This document shows, piece after piece, positions 48,940 through 59,180 of a stretch of 64,000 nt of DNA. Position numbers and translations under genes: made by a program. The first letter of the stretch is position 1. Each line of letters begins with the position of its first letter. Source of the DNA: Halorarum halobium (lineage in GTDB: Archaea > Halobacteriota > Halobacteria > Halobacteriales > Haloferacaceae). The notes under the pieces were generated by a model. It was not told the origin of the DNA and searched no databases. It saw only the letters and a program-made list of their open reading frames with translations. Location: positions 248,001 to 312,000 of the forward strand of contig NZ_CP134949.1 of NCBI RefSeq assembly GCF_032116555.1, read 5' to 3'.

Positions 48940-49563
48940 TCAGGAAACGAACTTCAGCAGGTCGTCCCGCTTCGCCTCCCCGAACCGCTCGCGCAGCACC
49001 TCGAGCAGCGGTTCGACGCTCCCGCGCTTGGCGGAGACGGGCGCGACGATGTGGTCCCACTGCTGCCACGGCGGGTACAGCCCCAGCCGGTCGCACAGCT
49101 CGTCCAGCCGCTCGTCCCGGTCATCCACCTTGTCCATCTTGTTGACCGCCACGACCGGCGGGACGTCGACGTCCTGCAGGAAGTGGAACAGCTCCACGTC
49201 GTGGGGAATCTCCTCCTCGTTCGTGTGCCGGTCGATGATGTCGATCACGCTCTTGCCGTCGACGACCAGCACGCCGGCGAGGATGTGCTCGGCGTTCGCC
49301 TCGACGTACCGCACCACGTCGGTCTTGATCGCCTCCCGGTGTTCCTCCTCGACGCCGGACATGAACCCGAAGCCGGGGAGGTCGGTGAACATGAACCCCT
49401 CGGGCGCCCAGTCGTAGTGGTTCGGCTGCCGGGTGACGCCTGGCTTCCTGCCCGTCGTGAAGTCGTGGCCCGTGAGTTCGCGCATCAGCGTGGACTTCCC
49501 GACGTTCGACCGGCCGACGAGCACCACCTCGGCGTCGCGGTCGGGTCGTCCCTCGAAGGTCAT
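48940..49563 (-). CDS. engB: GTP-binding protein EngB/YihA
   Basis: [22 protein letters not shown]. Confidence 0.95.
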   Translation of the reverse strand: MTFEGRPDRDAEVVLVGRSNVGKSTLMRELTGHDFTTGRKPGVTRQPNHYDWAPEGFMFTDLPGFGFMSGVEEEHREAIKTDVVRYVEANAEHILAGVLVVDGKSVIDIIDRHTNEEEIPHDVELFHFLQDVDVPPVVAVNKMDKVDDRDERLDELCDRLGLYPPWQQWDHIVAPVSAKRGSVEPLLEVLRERFGEAKRDDLLKFVS

Positions 49564-49659
49564 GGCTTCGGGTTGGACGAGTGGGCGGTTAAGGGGTGTG
49601 GCCGGGCTCTGTCTGGTGGGTCTCTGCTGTAGTCGTAGAGTTTGGTGAGGTGACGATAG

Positions 49660-49845
49660 CCTCGAAAGCCCCCGCGGTCCCGTTCAGTCCCACCCACACT
49701 GCACCTCACCCTCCCCAACCTCCTGTGCTCCTCACTCACTCGCTGCGCTCGTTCGGCTGCGGTTGCTCGTCCCTCGCGCGCGTCTGCTCGTCCCTCGCGC
49801 GCGTCTGCTCGCCCCTGCGGGGCTCGCCGTCACGCGCGCCGTGCC
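49660..49845. repeat. haloarchaeal REP-like element with an internal 21-bp tandem duplication
   Basis: GAAAGCCCCCGCGG, TTCAGTCCCACC, CCTCCCC, TCCCTCGCGCG modules; TGCTCGTCCCTCGCGCGCGTC x2 at 49764-49805. Confidence 0.85.
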
Positions 49846-49903
49846 GGCTGCTCCCCATCGCGCAACTCACATCGAAAACGTCTCACCGAAAAAGGGAGTT
49901 CGG

Positions 49904-50953
49904 CTACTCCTCGCTCTCGTACGGCTCGCCGACGGCCGAGGGCATCCGCGTCGAGCCCCAAACCGTCAGCACCACGACGACGGCGACGTACGGGAACAGG
50001 TTCACCAGCCGGTTCGACACCTCGATGCCGGCCGTCTGGAACTGGATCTGCAGCATGTCCAGCCCGCCGAACAGCAGCGCCGCGGCGGCCGCGCCGATCG
50101 GGTTGTAGTTGCCGAACAGGTACGCGACGATGCCGATCCAGCCCCGGCCGTTCACCATCGTGTCGCCGGTGCCGGTGAACGAGCCGGCGTGTGCGAGCAG
50201 CACTGCGCCGGCCAGCCCGGCCATCGCGCCCGAGAAGATCACCGCGGCGTACCGGACGCGCGTGACGCTCACGCCCGCCGTGTCGAGCGCCTCGGGGTTC
50301 TCGCCGGCCGCCTGGACCCAGTAGCCGTACCGGGTCCGGTAGAGCACGACCCACGCGAGGACGGCGACGACGGCCGTCGCCAGCACCAGCGGCGAGGTGT
50401 CGAACAGCACCGGGCCCAGCAGCGGCAGGTCCGCGAGCACCGGCACCGTCACGTCGTTCATGCTCACCAGCCCCGGGCTGTTCCGGTTGCCCCAGAGCAG
50501 CACCGCCGAGAACGGCCCGAAGCCGAGCCCGATGAACCAGACCGCGAGGCCGGCGACGATCTGGTCGGCCTGGTACCGGACGAGCAGCACCGCGAACAGC
50601 AGCGTGTACACCAGGCTCACCAGCACCGCGCCGAGGATGGCGAGCCAGAGGTCGCCCTGCGTCGGCGACTCGCCGCCGAGCAGCCAGACGAACGCCGCCG
50701 CGTTCGCGGCCCCGAGGATCATGAACCCCTCCAGGCCGATGTTGAACACGCCGCTCTTCTCGGCGTACAGCCCGCCGATGGCAGCCAGCGCGATGGGCGT
50801 GGCCGCCTGGAGCGAGCGCTCGATGAACCCGACGGTCACGATGGCCGCGAGCGGCAGATCGAGCGCGACTGCGAGCACCAGCGCGAGCAGGACCACCGCG
50901 ACGGCGCTCCCGAGTTCGAGCCGGTTCCGCTCGACGTAGCCCGCGACGCTCAT
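49904..50953 (-). CDS. nucleoside/sugar ABC transporter permease
   Basis: EKSGVFNIGLEG, AGENPEA, GRGWIG. Confidence 0.92.
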   Translation of the reverse strand: MSVAGYVERNRLELGSAVAVVLLALVLAVALDLPLAAIVTVGFIERSLQAATPIALAAIGGLYAEKSGVFNIGLEGFMILGAANAAAFVWLLGGESPTQGDLWLAILGAVLVSLVYTLLFAVLLVRYQADQIVAGLAVWFIGLGFGPFSAVLLWGNRNSPGLVSMNDVTVPVLADLPLLGPVLFDTSPLVLATAVVAVLAWVVLYRTRYGYWVQAAGENPEALDTAGVSVTRVRYAAVIFSGAMAGLAGAVLLAHAGSFTGTGDTMVNGRGWIGIVAYLFGNYNPIGAAAAALLFGGLDMLQIQFQTAGIEVSNRLVNLFPYVAVVVVLTVWGSTRMPSAVGEPYESEE

Positions 50954-52083
50954 CGGCGCTCACCCCCGAGGCCGGTCCGCCGGGCCGCCATCCGGAACAG
51001 CTCCGGGGTGGCGACGAACAGGACGACGAGCCCAACGACCCCGTCGATGAGTTGCGGCGGGACGTCGCTGTTGATGCCGATGTGGGTCCCCGCCGAGTCG
51101 AGTCCGCCGAAGAGCAGCGCCGCCGGGACGACGCCCAGCGGGTTGTTCGCCGCGAGCAGGCTGACCGCGATGGCGTCGAAGCCGTACGTCGCCACGCCGC
51201 CGGGGTCGCTGTAGTAGCCCTGGATCATGATGGCGAAGACGGCCCCCGCGACGCCCGCGACCATCCCCGAGAACGCCATCGTGGAGACGATGGTCCGCCC
51301 GGCGTCGACCCCGGAGAACGTCGCGGCCGCCTCCTGGTGGCCGCTCGTCACCATGTCGTAGCCGAACCGCGTCCGGATCATGACGACCGAGACGATGGCG
51401 ACGACGACGAGCGCGACCGCCAGCCCGACGAGCGAGAAGTCTGGACTGTCGAACGCGACGGCGGGAAGCTGGACGTACTCGGGGATGCGCGCGGTGTTGG
51501 GCGCGCGGTTCCCCTCGCCCCGCAGCGGCCCCTCGACGAGGTAGCCGACGATGCCCACCGCGATGAAGTTCAGCATGATCGTCGTGATGATCTCGTTCGC
51601 GCCGCCGTACGCCTTCAGCACGCCGGGCAGCGCGGCGTAGAGCCCGCCCGCGACGATGCCGAACGCCGTGCCGAGCACGAGCAGCGCGAGCCCGCCGACG
51701 GTGCCGGCGGGCAACAGCGGCGCGAGCCGGAGGATGGAGACGACGGTGGCGAAGCCGCCGACGACGAACTGACCCTGGACGCCGATGTTGAACACGCCGG
51801 CGCGGAACGCGATCGCGACGGCGACGCCGACGAGGATGAAGATGGTCGTGAACTTCAGCGTCCGCCCGATCGAGTTCTGGTCCCCGAACGCGCCCTCGAA
51901 CATGTCCATCAGGAACGTCGCTGGGTCGTAGCCGGCCGCGGCGACGACGACCAGCCCGATTGCCAGCGCGAGCGCCGTGGACGCCGTCGCGATGCCGAGC
52001 CGCTGGAGCGCCGACGCGTCCAGCATTCTGGCCGCGGCCTCGTCCAGCACCGCCCGGACTCGCACCGGGTCGGCGTCGCTCAC
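50950..52083 (-). CDS. nucleoside/sugar ABC transporter permease
   Basis: FNIGVQGQ, NEIITTIMLN, GFDAIAVSLL. Confidence 0.92.
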   Translation of the reverse strand: MSDADPVRVRAVLDEAAARMLDASALQRLGIATASTALALAIGLVVVAAAGYDPATFLMDMFEGAFGDQNSIGRTLKFTTIFILVGVAVAIAFRAGVFNIGVQGQFVVGGFATVVSILRLAPLLPAGTVGGLALLVLGTAFGIVAGGLYAALPGVLKAYGGANEIITTIMLNFIAVGIVGYLVEGPLRGEGNRAPNTARIPEYVQLPAVAFDSPDFSLVGLAVALVVVAIVSVVMIRTRFGYDMVTSGHQEAAATFSGVDAGRTIVSTMAFSGMVAGVAGAVFAIMIQGYYSDPGGVATYGFDAIAVSLLAANNPLGVVPAALLFGGLDSAGTHIGINSDVPPQLIDGVVGLVVLFVATPELFRMAARRTGLGGERR

Positions 52084-53705
52084 TGCTCCACCTCGGAGTC
52101 GGTGGCGGTGGCCGATTCGGCCCCGGTTCCCGCCTCCGCGCGCCCGGCGGCTGTCCCCTCTGTCTCCCCCGCGTCGTCGAGCCGACGCCCGGCCATCAGC
52201 AGGCCGAGTTCCTCCTCGCTCACGGCCTCGGGGTCGACGACGTCGATGAACTCGCCCTCGTACATCACCGCGATGCGGTCAGAGAGCTTCCGGATCTCCT
52301 CCAGTTTCGAGGAGACGAGCAGCACCGCGAGCCCATCGTCGCGCAGGTCGAGCAGGCGGTCGTGGATGAACTCGATGGAGCCGATGTCGACCCCGCGGGT
52401 CGGGTGCGAGGCGACCATCACGTCCGGGTCGTGTTCGATCTCGCGGCCGACGATGAACTTCTGCTGGTTGCCGCCCGAGAGCGACGCCGCCTCGGGCTCG
52501 ACCGACGGCGGCTGGACGTCGTACTCGTCGACGACGCCCTCCGCGTGCTCGCGGACCGCCGGCCAGTCGATGAGCCCGCGGCTGACGTACGGCTCGACGG
52601 TCTGGTTGCCGAGCAGCGCGTTCCGGACGAGGTCGTAGTCCTGGACCAGCCCCTCGGTCTGGCGGTCCTCGGGGATGTACGCGATGCCGGCGCGGATGCG
52701 TTCGCGTCGGCTCAGCCCCGTGATGTCCGCGCCGTCGAAGCTGACGCTGCCCGAGTCGACCGACCGGAGCCCGGTGAGCGCCTCGACCAGTTCCGTCTGG
52801 CCGTTGCCCTGGACGCCCGCGACGCCGAGGATCTCGCCCTCCCGGACCGTGAGATCGACGTCGGTGACCCGTTCGAGCCCCCGGTCGCCGGTGACCCGAA
52901 GCTCGTTCGCCGTCAGGATCGGGTCGCCGGGTTCGGTCTCGCGCGGCCGGCGGTCGAACAGCACCTCGCGCCCGACCATCATCCGGGCGAGCTCCTGCTC
53001 GCTGGTGCCGTCCGCGGCGACGGTGCCGACGGCCTCGCCGTCCCGGAGCACCGTGATCTCGTCGGCGACCGACAGCGCCTCGTCGAGCTTGTGCGTGATG
53101 AAGATGAGCGACCGGCCGTCGGCGGCCAGATCGGTCATCACGTCGATCAGGCTCTCGACCTCCTGGGGCGTGAGCACCGCCGTCGGCTCGTCGAGGATGA
53201 GCACCTCCGCGCCGCGGTAGAGGCTCTTCACGATCTCGACGCGCTGGCGCACGCCCAGGTCGAGGTCCACGACGCGTTCGTCGAGGTGCTCGTCGACGTC
53301 GAAGCCGTACCGGTCACAGATCGCCTCGACGTCCGCCCGGGCGTCGGCCTCGTTCACCAGGCCGTTCTCGGTCGGCTCGTGGCCCAGGATGACGTTCTGG
53401 AGGACGGTCATCGGCCCCACGAGCTGGAAGTGCTGGTGGATCATGCCGACGCCCGCGTCCATCGCGTCGCGCGGGGAGTCGAACGCCCGCGGTTCGCCGT
53501 CGACCGTGATGGTGCCCGAATTCTGGTCGTACAGCCCGTAGAGGACGCTCATCAGCGTCGTCTTGCCCGAGCCGTTCTCGCCCAGCAGCGCGTGGACCGA
53601 GCCCTGCTCGAGCGTGAAGTCGATCCCGTCGTTGGCGACGACGTCGCCGAACCGTTTGGTGATCCCGTCGAGCCGAACGGCTTGCGACCCTGGATTACCT
53701 GTCAT
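52080..53705 (-). CDS. CUT2-type ABC ATPase (two NBDs)
   Basis: GENGSGKT, DEPTAVL, LSGGNQQK. Confidence 0.95.
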   Translation of the reverse strand: MTGNPGSQAVRLDGITKRFGDVVANDGIDFTLEQGSVHALLGENGSGKTTLMSVLYGLYDQNSGTITVDGEPRAFDSPRDAMDAGVGMIHQHFQLVGPMTVLQNVILGHEPTENGLVNEADARADVEAICDRYGFDVDEHLDERVVDLDLGVRQRVEIVKSLYRGAEVLILDEPTAVLTPQEVESLIDVMTDLAADGRSLIFITHKLDEALSVADEITVLRDGEAVGTVAADGTSEQELARMMVGREVLFDRRPRETEPGDPILTANELRVTGDRGLERVTDVDLTVREGEILGVAGVQGNGQTELVEALTGLRSVDSGSVSFDGADITGLSRRERIRAGIAYIPEDRQTEGLVQDYDLVRNALLGNQTVEPYVSRGLIDWPAVREHAEGVVDEYDVQPPSVEPEAASLSGGNQQKFIVGREIEHDPDVMVASHPTRGVDIGSIEFIHDRLLDLRDDGLAVLLVSSKLEEIRKLSDRIAVMYEGEFIDVVDPEAVSEEELGLLMAGRRLDDAGETEGTAAGRAEAGTGAESATATDSEVEQ

Positions 53706-53746
53706 GATGGAAAGCTGCAGTCATGGGGGAGAGGACGAGGACGGAG

Positions 53747-54961
53747 TCAGTTACAGCCGGACGCGGTGCAGGGCACGCTGATGTCGCCCGAGGTGATGCC
53801 CTGCTTTGCCTCCTCGAGGTTCGTGGCGACGGCGTCGGGGAGCTCCCCCTCGAACGCCTGTCCGATGACGCAGTCGACGCCCTCCTGTTCGAGCCCGAGG
53901 ACGTTCGCGCCGGTGACCGAGCCGAAGTCGTCCTCCGCGACCGCGACGGCGACCTCCCGGGTCCCCTCGTTGATGTACTTCACCGCGGAGCCGAGGATGA
54001 CGTCCTGGAAGTCCGGCAGCGTCACCGACTGGTCGGCGTCGACGCCGATGGCGAAGCGGCCGTTACCCTGGGCGGCCTCGAACACGCCACGGCCCGCGGC
54101 CGCCGCGGCGTGGTAGACGATGTCCGCGCCGTCGTCGTACTGGGAGCTGGCGATGTCGGCGGCCGTGTCCGTGTCGGTGTAGTCGCCGATGTAGCCGACG
54201 TTGACCTCGACGTCCGAGTTGACCCACTCGGCGCCCGCGACGTACGAGCGCTCGAACGCGTTGATCAGCGACCCGTCGACGCCGCCGACGAAGCCGATCT
54301 GGGCGCTCCCCGGGTCGGTCTCGCTGTCGTCGTGGGAGAACTCCTCGCTCGTCATCGTGCCGCCGAGGACGCCCGCGAGATACGACATCTCGTGGTTCGC
54401 CCACGTGTAGCCGGCCACGTTCGGCTCGTCGACGTGGTCGTTGATCAGCATCCAGTTCTGGTCGGGGTAGTCGACCGCGTTCTGGGTGAGCGCCTCCGTG
54501 TGGTTGTACGACACGAGGACGATGAGGTCGTAGTCGCCGCTCGCGGCCAGTTCCGACTGCGTCGACTGGTACTGGGCCTGTTCGGTCTCCTCGACCTGGT
54601 TGATCTCCACGTCGTACTCCTCGGACGCGGTCTGGAGCCCCTCCAGCGCGAGGTCGTTGAACGCGTTGTCGTCGAAGCCGGCCGGGCTGGAGACGATGGC
54701 GACGTTCGTCGTCCCGCCGCCGTCCCCGCCGGAATCGGTTTCGGTGTCGTCGCCGCCGTCGCCGCCACCGTTCCCGCCGCCATCACCGCCACCGCCGCCG
54801 TCGCCGCCGCCACCGTCGCCGCCGCCCATACAGCCGGCGAGCGCCGTCCCGCCGACCACGGCCGCGCCCGAGGACAGGACGGTCCGCCGACCCACCGCCC
54901 GCGAGGAGGACTGTCCGTTCGATTCGGCTTCTCCGTCACGTGAACCCGTACTAGGACTCAT
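53747..54961 (-). CDS. BMP family nucleoside-binding lipoprotein
   Basis: Tat RRTVL, LAGC lipobox, GFDDNAFN, GVDADQS. Confidence 0.92.
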   Translation of the reverse strand: MSPSTGSRDGEAESNGQSSSRAVGRRTVLSSGAAVVGGTALAGCMGGGDGGGGDGGGGGDGGGNGGGDGGDDTETDSGGDGGGTTNVAIVSSPAGFDDNAFNDLALEGLQTASEEYDVEINQVEETEQAQYQSTQSELAASGDYDLIVLVSYNHTEALTQNAVDYPDQNWMLINDHVDEPNVAGYTWANHEMSYLAGVLGGTMTSEEFSHDDSETDPGSAQIGFVGGVDGSLINAFERSYVAGAEWVNSDVEVNVGYIGDYTDTDTAADIASSQYDDGADIVYHAAAAAGRGVFEAAQGNGRFAIGVDADQSVTLPDFQDVILGSAVKYINEGTREVAVAVAEDDFGSVTGANVLGLEQEGVDCVIGQAFEGELPDAVATNLEEAKQGITSGDISVPCTASGCN

Positions 54962-55112
54962 TTCAGATACATAGACAGTCGTAGCTCACAAAAAGATTAC
55001 TCTAATCTGGATAATCGTTCACAATCCATAATAAATACATATCAGACCGCGGCCGTGTTCGGCGGCCCCGCCGAGCGCCGACGTTTATCCCGCGTCCGGC
55101 CCGACGGGGTCC

Positions 55113-55823
55113 ATGGAGAAACAGCCCCTCCGCGAGCGCGTCTGGGACGCGCTGGAGGCGTCTGGGGAGGCCCGATTCCCGTTCCCGCCACACGGCAGAA
55201 TCCCCAACTTCGCCGGGGCCGCGGACGCCCGCGACCGGCTGACCGCGACCGACGAGTGGGCCGACGCCGGGACGCTGAAGTGCAACCCGGACGCCCCACA
55301 GCTTCCGGTCCGCCGGGCCGCGCTCCGGGCCGGCAAGACGGTCTACGTGGCCGTGCCGCGGCTGCGCGAGGAGCACCCGTTCCTCCGCCTGTCGCCCGAG
55401 GAGGTCCCCGACGTCGACGAGGCGACGACGGTGTCCGGGTCGGCCGAGCACGGCGTGCCCGTGGGGCCCGACGAGGTGCCACACGTCGATCTGATCGTCT
55501 CGGGCAGCGTCGCCGTCACGGAGTCGGGCGGGCGCGTCGGCAAGGGCGAGGGGTTCGCGGACCTGGAGTTCGCGGTGCTCACGGAACTGGGCGCGGCGGA
55601 CTCGGACACGACCGTCGCGACGACGGTCCACGGGATGCAGGTCGTCGACGACGACGTGGAACTCGACGCCCACGACGTGCCGCTCGACCTGGTCTGTACG
55701 CCCGAACGGACGATCCGGCCGGACCGCGGGCCGCGGCCGGCCGGGATCGACTGGGACGCGCTGGACGAGGAGAAGCTGGCCGAGATTCCCGTGTTGGAGC
55801 GACTTCGCGCCGAACCGCGATAG
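55113..55823 (+). CDS. 5-formyltetrahydrofolate cyclo-ligase family protein
   Basis: GRIPNFAGA, NPDAPQ, GKGEGFADLE, HDVPLD. Confidence 0.9.
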   Translation: MEKQPLRERVWDALEASGEARFPFPPHGRIPNFAGAADARDRLTATDEWADAGTLKCNPDAPQLPVRRAALRAGKTVYVAVPRLREEHPFLRLSPEEVPDVDEATTVSGSAEHGVPVGPDEVPHVDLIVSGSVAVTESGGRVGKGEGFADLEFAVLTELGAADSDTTVATTVHGMQVVDDDVELDAHDVPLDLVCTPERTIRPDRGPRPAGIDWDALDEEKLAEIPVLERLRAEPR

Positions 55824-55870
55824 CGTCGGGCGAGCGGGACTGTTTTGGGGTGGGCCTTCGAGGTACCGCC

Positions 55871-57235
55871 GTGCGACTCGTCCAGGTGATGGTTCCGGCG
55901 GGCAAGCGCGAGGCGGTGCTCTCCGCGCTCGACGAGGAGGGCATCGACTACGTGCTCTCCGAGGAGACCAGCGGCCGGGACTACACCGCCGTCGTCTCGT
56001 TCCCGCTCCCGACCGCCGCCGTCGAGCCGGTGCTGGAGACGCTCCGGGAGGCCGGCATCGAGCGGGACGCCTACACCGTCGTGCTGGACGCCGAGACGGT
56101 CGTCTCGAAGCGCTTCGAGCGGCTCCAGGAGCGGTACGAGGACGACGAGGACAGCGAGAACCGGATCGCCCGCGAGGAACTCGAAGCCCGCGCCGTCGAG
56201 ATGGCCCCCGAGTGGACGCCGTTCCTCGCCATGACGACCATCAGCGCCGTCGTCGCCACCGCGGGGCTGCTGCTCGACTCGCCGGCCGTCGTGGTCGGGT
56301 CGATGGTCATCGCGCCGCTCATCGGTCCCGCGATGGCGACCAGCGTCGGGACGGTCGTCGACGACGACGAACTGTTCCGGCGCGGCGTGCGCCTGCAGCT
56401 CGTCGGCGGCCTGCTCGCGGTCGTGAGCGCCGCGCTGTTCGCCGCGGTGCTCCGCTACACCAACGCCGTCCCGTACAACGTCGAGGAGGTGTTCGCCATC
56501 GGCGAGATCCGGGAACGCCTCGCGCCCGACGTGTTGCAACTGCCCATCGCGCTCGGGGCGGGCGTGGCCGGCGCGCTGTCGATCTCCTCGGGCGTCTCGT
56601 CGGCGCTCGTCGGGGTGATGATCGCCGCGGCGCTCGTCCCGCCGACCGCCGTCGTCGGCATCGGCATCGCGTGGGGTGAACCGATCGCCGTCAGCGGGGC
56701 CGCGATGCTCGTCGTAGTGAACTTCGTCTCCATCAACTTCGCCGCGCTGGGGGTGCTGTGGTACCGCGGCTACCGGCCCGAGTCGCTGTTCCGGTTCGAC
56801 GGCGCGCGCACTCGAACGGTCAAGCGGTTCGCGGTGCTCGGTGCCGTCATCCTGCTCTCGACGACCGTGCTCGTGGGCGTCACCGTCGCGACCTACCAGA
56901 GCTCGCAGTTCGAATCGACGGTGCAGACCGAAGCCGGCGACCTTGTCGGGCCCGAACAGACGGTCGTCGACGTGGAGGTGACCTACGGGAGCTTCCCGTT
57001 CCGCCAGCCGACCGCCGTCACGGTCACGGTCGCGCACCCGCTCGGAAGCGACCCGGAGCCGCTGGCGGGGCCGCTGGCGGCGCGGCTCTCGGACCACACC
57101 GGCGCGCCGCTGGGGCTCGGACCGAAATCGCAGGTGGAGGTGACGGTTCGGCACGTCCCCCGGGAGACCGCCCGGACGGCCGGCGGGACGGACCTGCCGA
57201 GCGCGAACGGGACGACCTCGACCGCGCCGGCGTGA
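55871..57235 (+). CDS. TIGR00341/DUF389 family membrane protein
   Basis: GLLLDSPAVVVGSMVIAPLIGP and GVMIAAALVPP. Confidence 0.9.
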   Translation: MRLVQVMVPAGKREAVLSALDEEGIDYVLSEETSGRDYTAVVSFPLPTAAVEPVLETLREAGIERDAYTVVLDAETVVSKRFERLQERYEDDEDSENRIAREELEARAVEMAPEWTPFLAMTTISAVVATAGLLLDSPAVVVGSMVIAPLIGPAMATSVGTVVDDDELFRRGVRLQLVGGLLAVVSAALFAAVLRYTNAVPYNVEEVFAIGEIRERLAPDVLQLPIALGAGVAGALSISSGVSSALVGVMIAAALVPPTAVVGIGIAWGEPIAVSGAAMLVVVNFVSINFAALGVLWYRGYRPESLFRFDGARTRTVKRFAVLGAVILLSTTVLVGVTVATYQSSQFESTVQTEAGDLVGPEQTVVDVEVTYGSFPFRQPTAVTVTVAHPLGSDPEPLAGPLAARLSDHTGAPLGLGPKSQVEVTVRHVPRETARTAGGTDLPSANGTTSTAPA

Positions 57236-57294
57236 GACAAACCGCTCTTTGTCCCTAGGCCACGTTGAAGCCCTCCCGGGTCGACACTGCTGTC

Positions 57295-58014
57295 GTGAAG
57301 CGAGTTGCCACCCTCCTCACGGTGCTGGTCGTCCTGCTGGCCGGCTGCACCGGAGCCGCCTCGAACGCGACGCCGAACCCCGCGGCCGACGGGTCGGCCG
57401 GGACGAACAGCGTGACCGCCACCGGCAGCGCCACGACCTCGGCCGCGCCCGACGTCGCCGTCGTCTCGGTCGCCGTCGCGGCGACCGCCGACACCGCCGC
57501 CGAGGCCCGAAACCAGGTCGCGGCCGATTCCGAGTCGCTCCGTACGGCGCTCCAGGACGCCGGCTACGAGCCGAACACGACCGACTACCGCCTCTCGCCC
57601 GAGTACGATCACGGCGGCGAGACGCGCGAACTCGTCGGCTACCGCGCCATCCAGGTGTTCGAGTTCGACGCCGAGCCCGACGCCGCCGGCGAGGCCGTCG
57701 ACGTCGCCGTCGACAACGGCGCGAGCGCGGTCAACAGCGTCCGGTTCGAACTGAGCGACGAGCACCGCGCCGAACTCCGCGAGCAGGCGCTCGCCGACGC
57801 CGTCGGCGACGCCCGGGGCGACGCCGAGGCGGTCGCGTCGGCCGCGGACCGCTCGGTCGGCTCGGAGCTGTCGATGCAGGTCGGCTCGCAGGGCTACTCC
57901 CCGTACGAGGTCCGGTACACCGCCTCGGCGGCCTCGGCCGACGCGGGCACCTCGTTCGAGCCCGGCCCCGTGACGGTCACCGCGTCGGTGACGGTGACGT
58001 ACGAACTGGAGTAA
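57295..58014 (+). CDS. SIMPL (DUF541) domain lipoprotein
   Basis: LAGC lipobox; ATGSATTSAAPDVA; VTVTASVTVTY. Confidence 0.88.
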   Translation: MKRVATLLTVLVVLLAGCTGAASNATPNPAADGSAGTNSVTATGSATTSAAPDVAVVSVAVAATADTAAEARNQVAADSESLRTALQDAGYEPNTTDYRLSPEYDHGGETRELVGYRAIQVFEFDAEPDAAGEAVDVAVDNGASAVNSVRFELSDEHRAELREQALADAVGDARGDAEAVASAADRSVGSELSMQVGSQGYSPYEVRYTASAASADAGTSFEPGPVTVTASVTVTYELE

Positions 58015-58055
58015 ACCGGGAGCGGAACCGCCCCGTCCGGCGCTTTTTCGACCCC

Positions 58056-59018
58056 TCAGTTCCGCGAGGGCAGGTCGGGTTCGAAGCCGACCGCCTCGAC
58101 CGCCAGGTCGAGCACGCCCTCGACGTTCTCGTCCTCGGTGACGCTCATGTACGCGTCGGCGTCGACCTCGCGCGAGCGGTCGCTCTTGTTACAGACGACG
58201 AGCACGGGCGAGTCGAAGGTGGACTCGACCTCCTCGAGCAACGTCAACTGGTCCTCGAGCGGATAGCCGCAGTCGCCCGAGGCGTCGACGACGAACAGCA
58301 CCGCGTCCGCCAGGTGTGTCAGCGCCGAGACGGCCTGCCGCTCGATGTCGTTTCGCTCGTCGGCCGGCCGGTCGAGCAGGCCTGGCGTGTCGATGATCTG
58401 GTAGCGGACGCGGTCGCGCTCGAAGTGACCGATCTGGACCGCCTTCGTCGTGAACGGGTAGGAGGCGATCTCGTTGCTCGCGCGGGTGACCTCGTTGACG
58501 AACGAGGACTTGCCGACGTTGGGGTAGCCGGCGACGACGATCGCCGGTTCGTCGGGCCGGATCTCGGGCAGGCCCTTCAGTGCGTCGCGCGCCTCGCCGA
58601 CCGACAGCAGGTCCTCGGCGATCTCGTCGACGACGTCGGCCATCCGGGCGAACGCCTGTTTTCGGTGCTTACGGGCGGTCTCGGCGCTGGAGCGTCGGAT
58701 CTTGCTCGCGTACTCCGAGCGCAGCTCGGCGATCTGGTTCGACGCCCAGTTGACCTCCGAGAGCGACTGCCGGAGTTCGTCCACGTCGACGACGGCGTCG
58801 GCGAGTTCGTAGTAGAACGGGTCGACCTCGTACTCGAAGTCGGGCCAGTCGTTGGAGACGTTCTCGAGGTTGTCCGAGAGGATGTTGCCGGCGGTCCGGA
58901 GCATCGACTCCTGGGCCTCGATGCCGCCCTTCGCTCGGCCGGCGCGGGCCGCACGCGAGAAGGCCTTGTCGACCAGTTCCTCGGCGCGGGGCGTGGTGGG
59001 GAGGTTTTCGAATATCAT
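58056..59018 (-). CDS. NOG1 family GTPase
   Basis: GYPNVGKSS, YPFTT, DTPGLLDR, NKSD. Confidence 0.93.
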   Translation of the reverse strand: MIFENLPTTPRAEELVDKAFSRAARAGRAKGGIEAQESMLRTAGNILSDNLENVSNDWPDFEYEVDPFYYELADAVVDVDELRQSLSEVNWASNQIAELRSEYASKIRRSSAETARKHRKQAFARMADVVDEIAEDLLSVGEARDALKGLPEIRPDEPAIVVAGYPNVGKSSFVNEVTRASNEIASYPFTTKAVQIGHFERDRVRYQIIDTPGLLDRPADERNDIERQAVSALTHLADAVLFVVDASGDCGYPLEDQLTLLEEVESTFDSPVLVVCNKSDRSREVDADAYMSVTEDENVEGVLDLAVEAVGFEPDLPSRN

Positions 59019-59180
59019 GCGATTCTGCTCAATTACGCGTCTGTTGGCCGTGAGGCCGTAAAAGCGCGTCCGTTCGGTCGCGTCGGCCCCGCACGTCGAC
59101 GGCGCCGCCAGTGGCGCCAGCGTTCCGCCGGTGGCGCCACGAGTGACACGACTTTTCCGGGCGCGCCACCCAGCGCGGGT

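Noticed and set aside
59105..59139. Imperfect 15-bp direct repeat CCGCCRGTGGCGCCA between nog1 and the next gene
   Set aside because: Two GC-rich copies only, plausible by chance or local slippage
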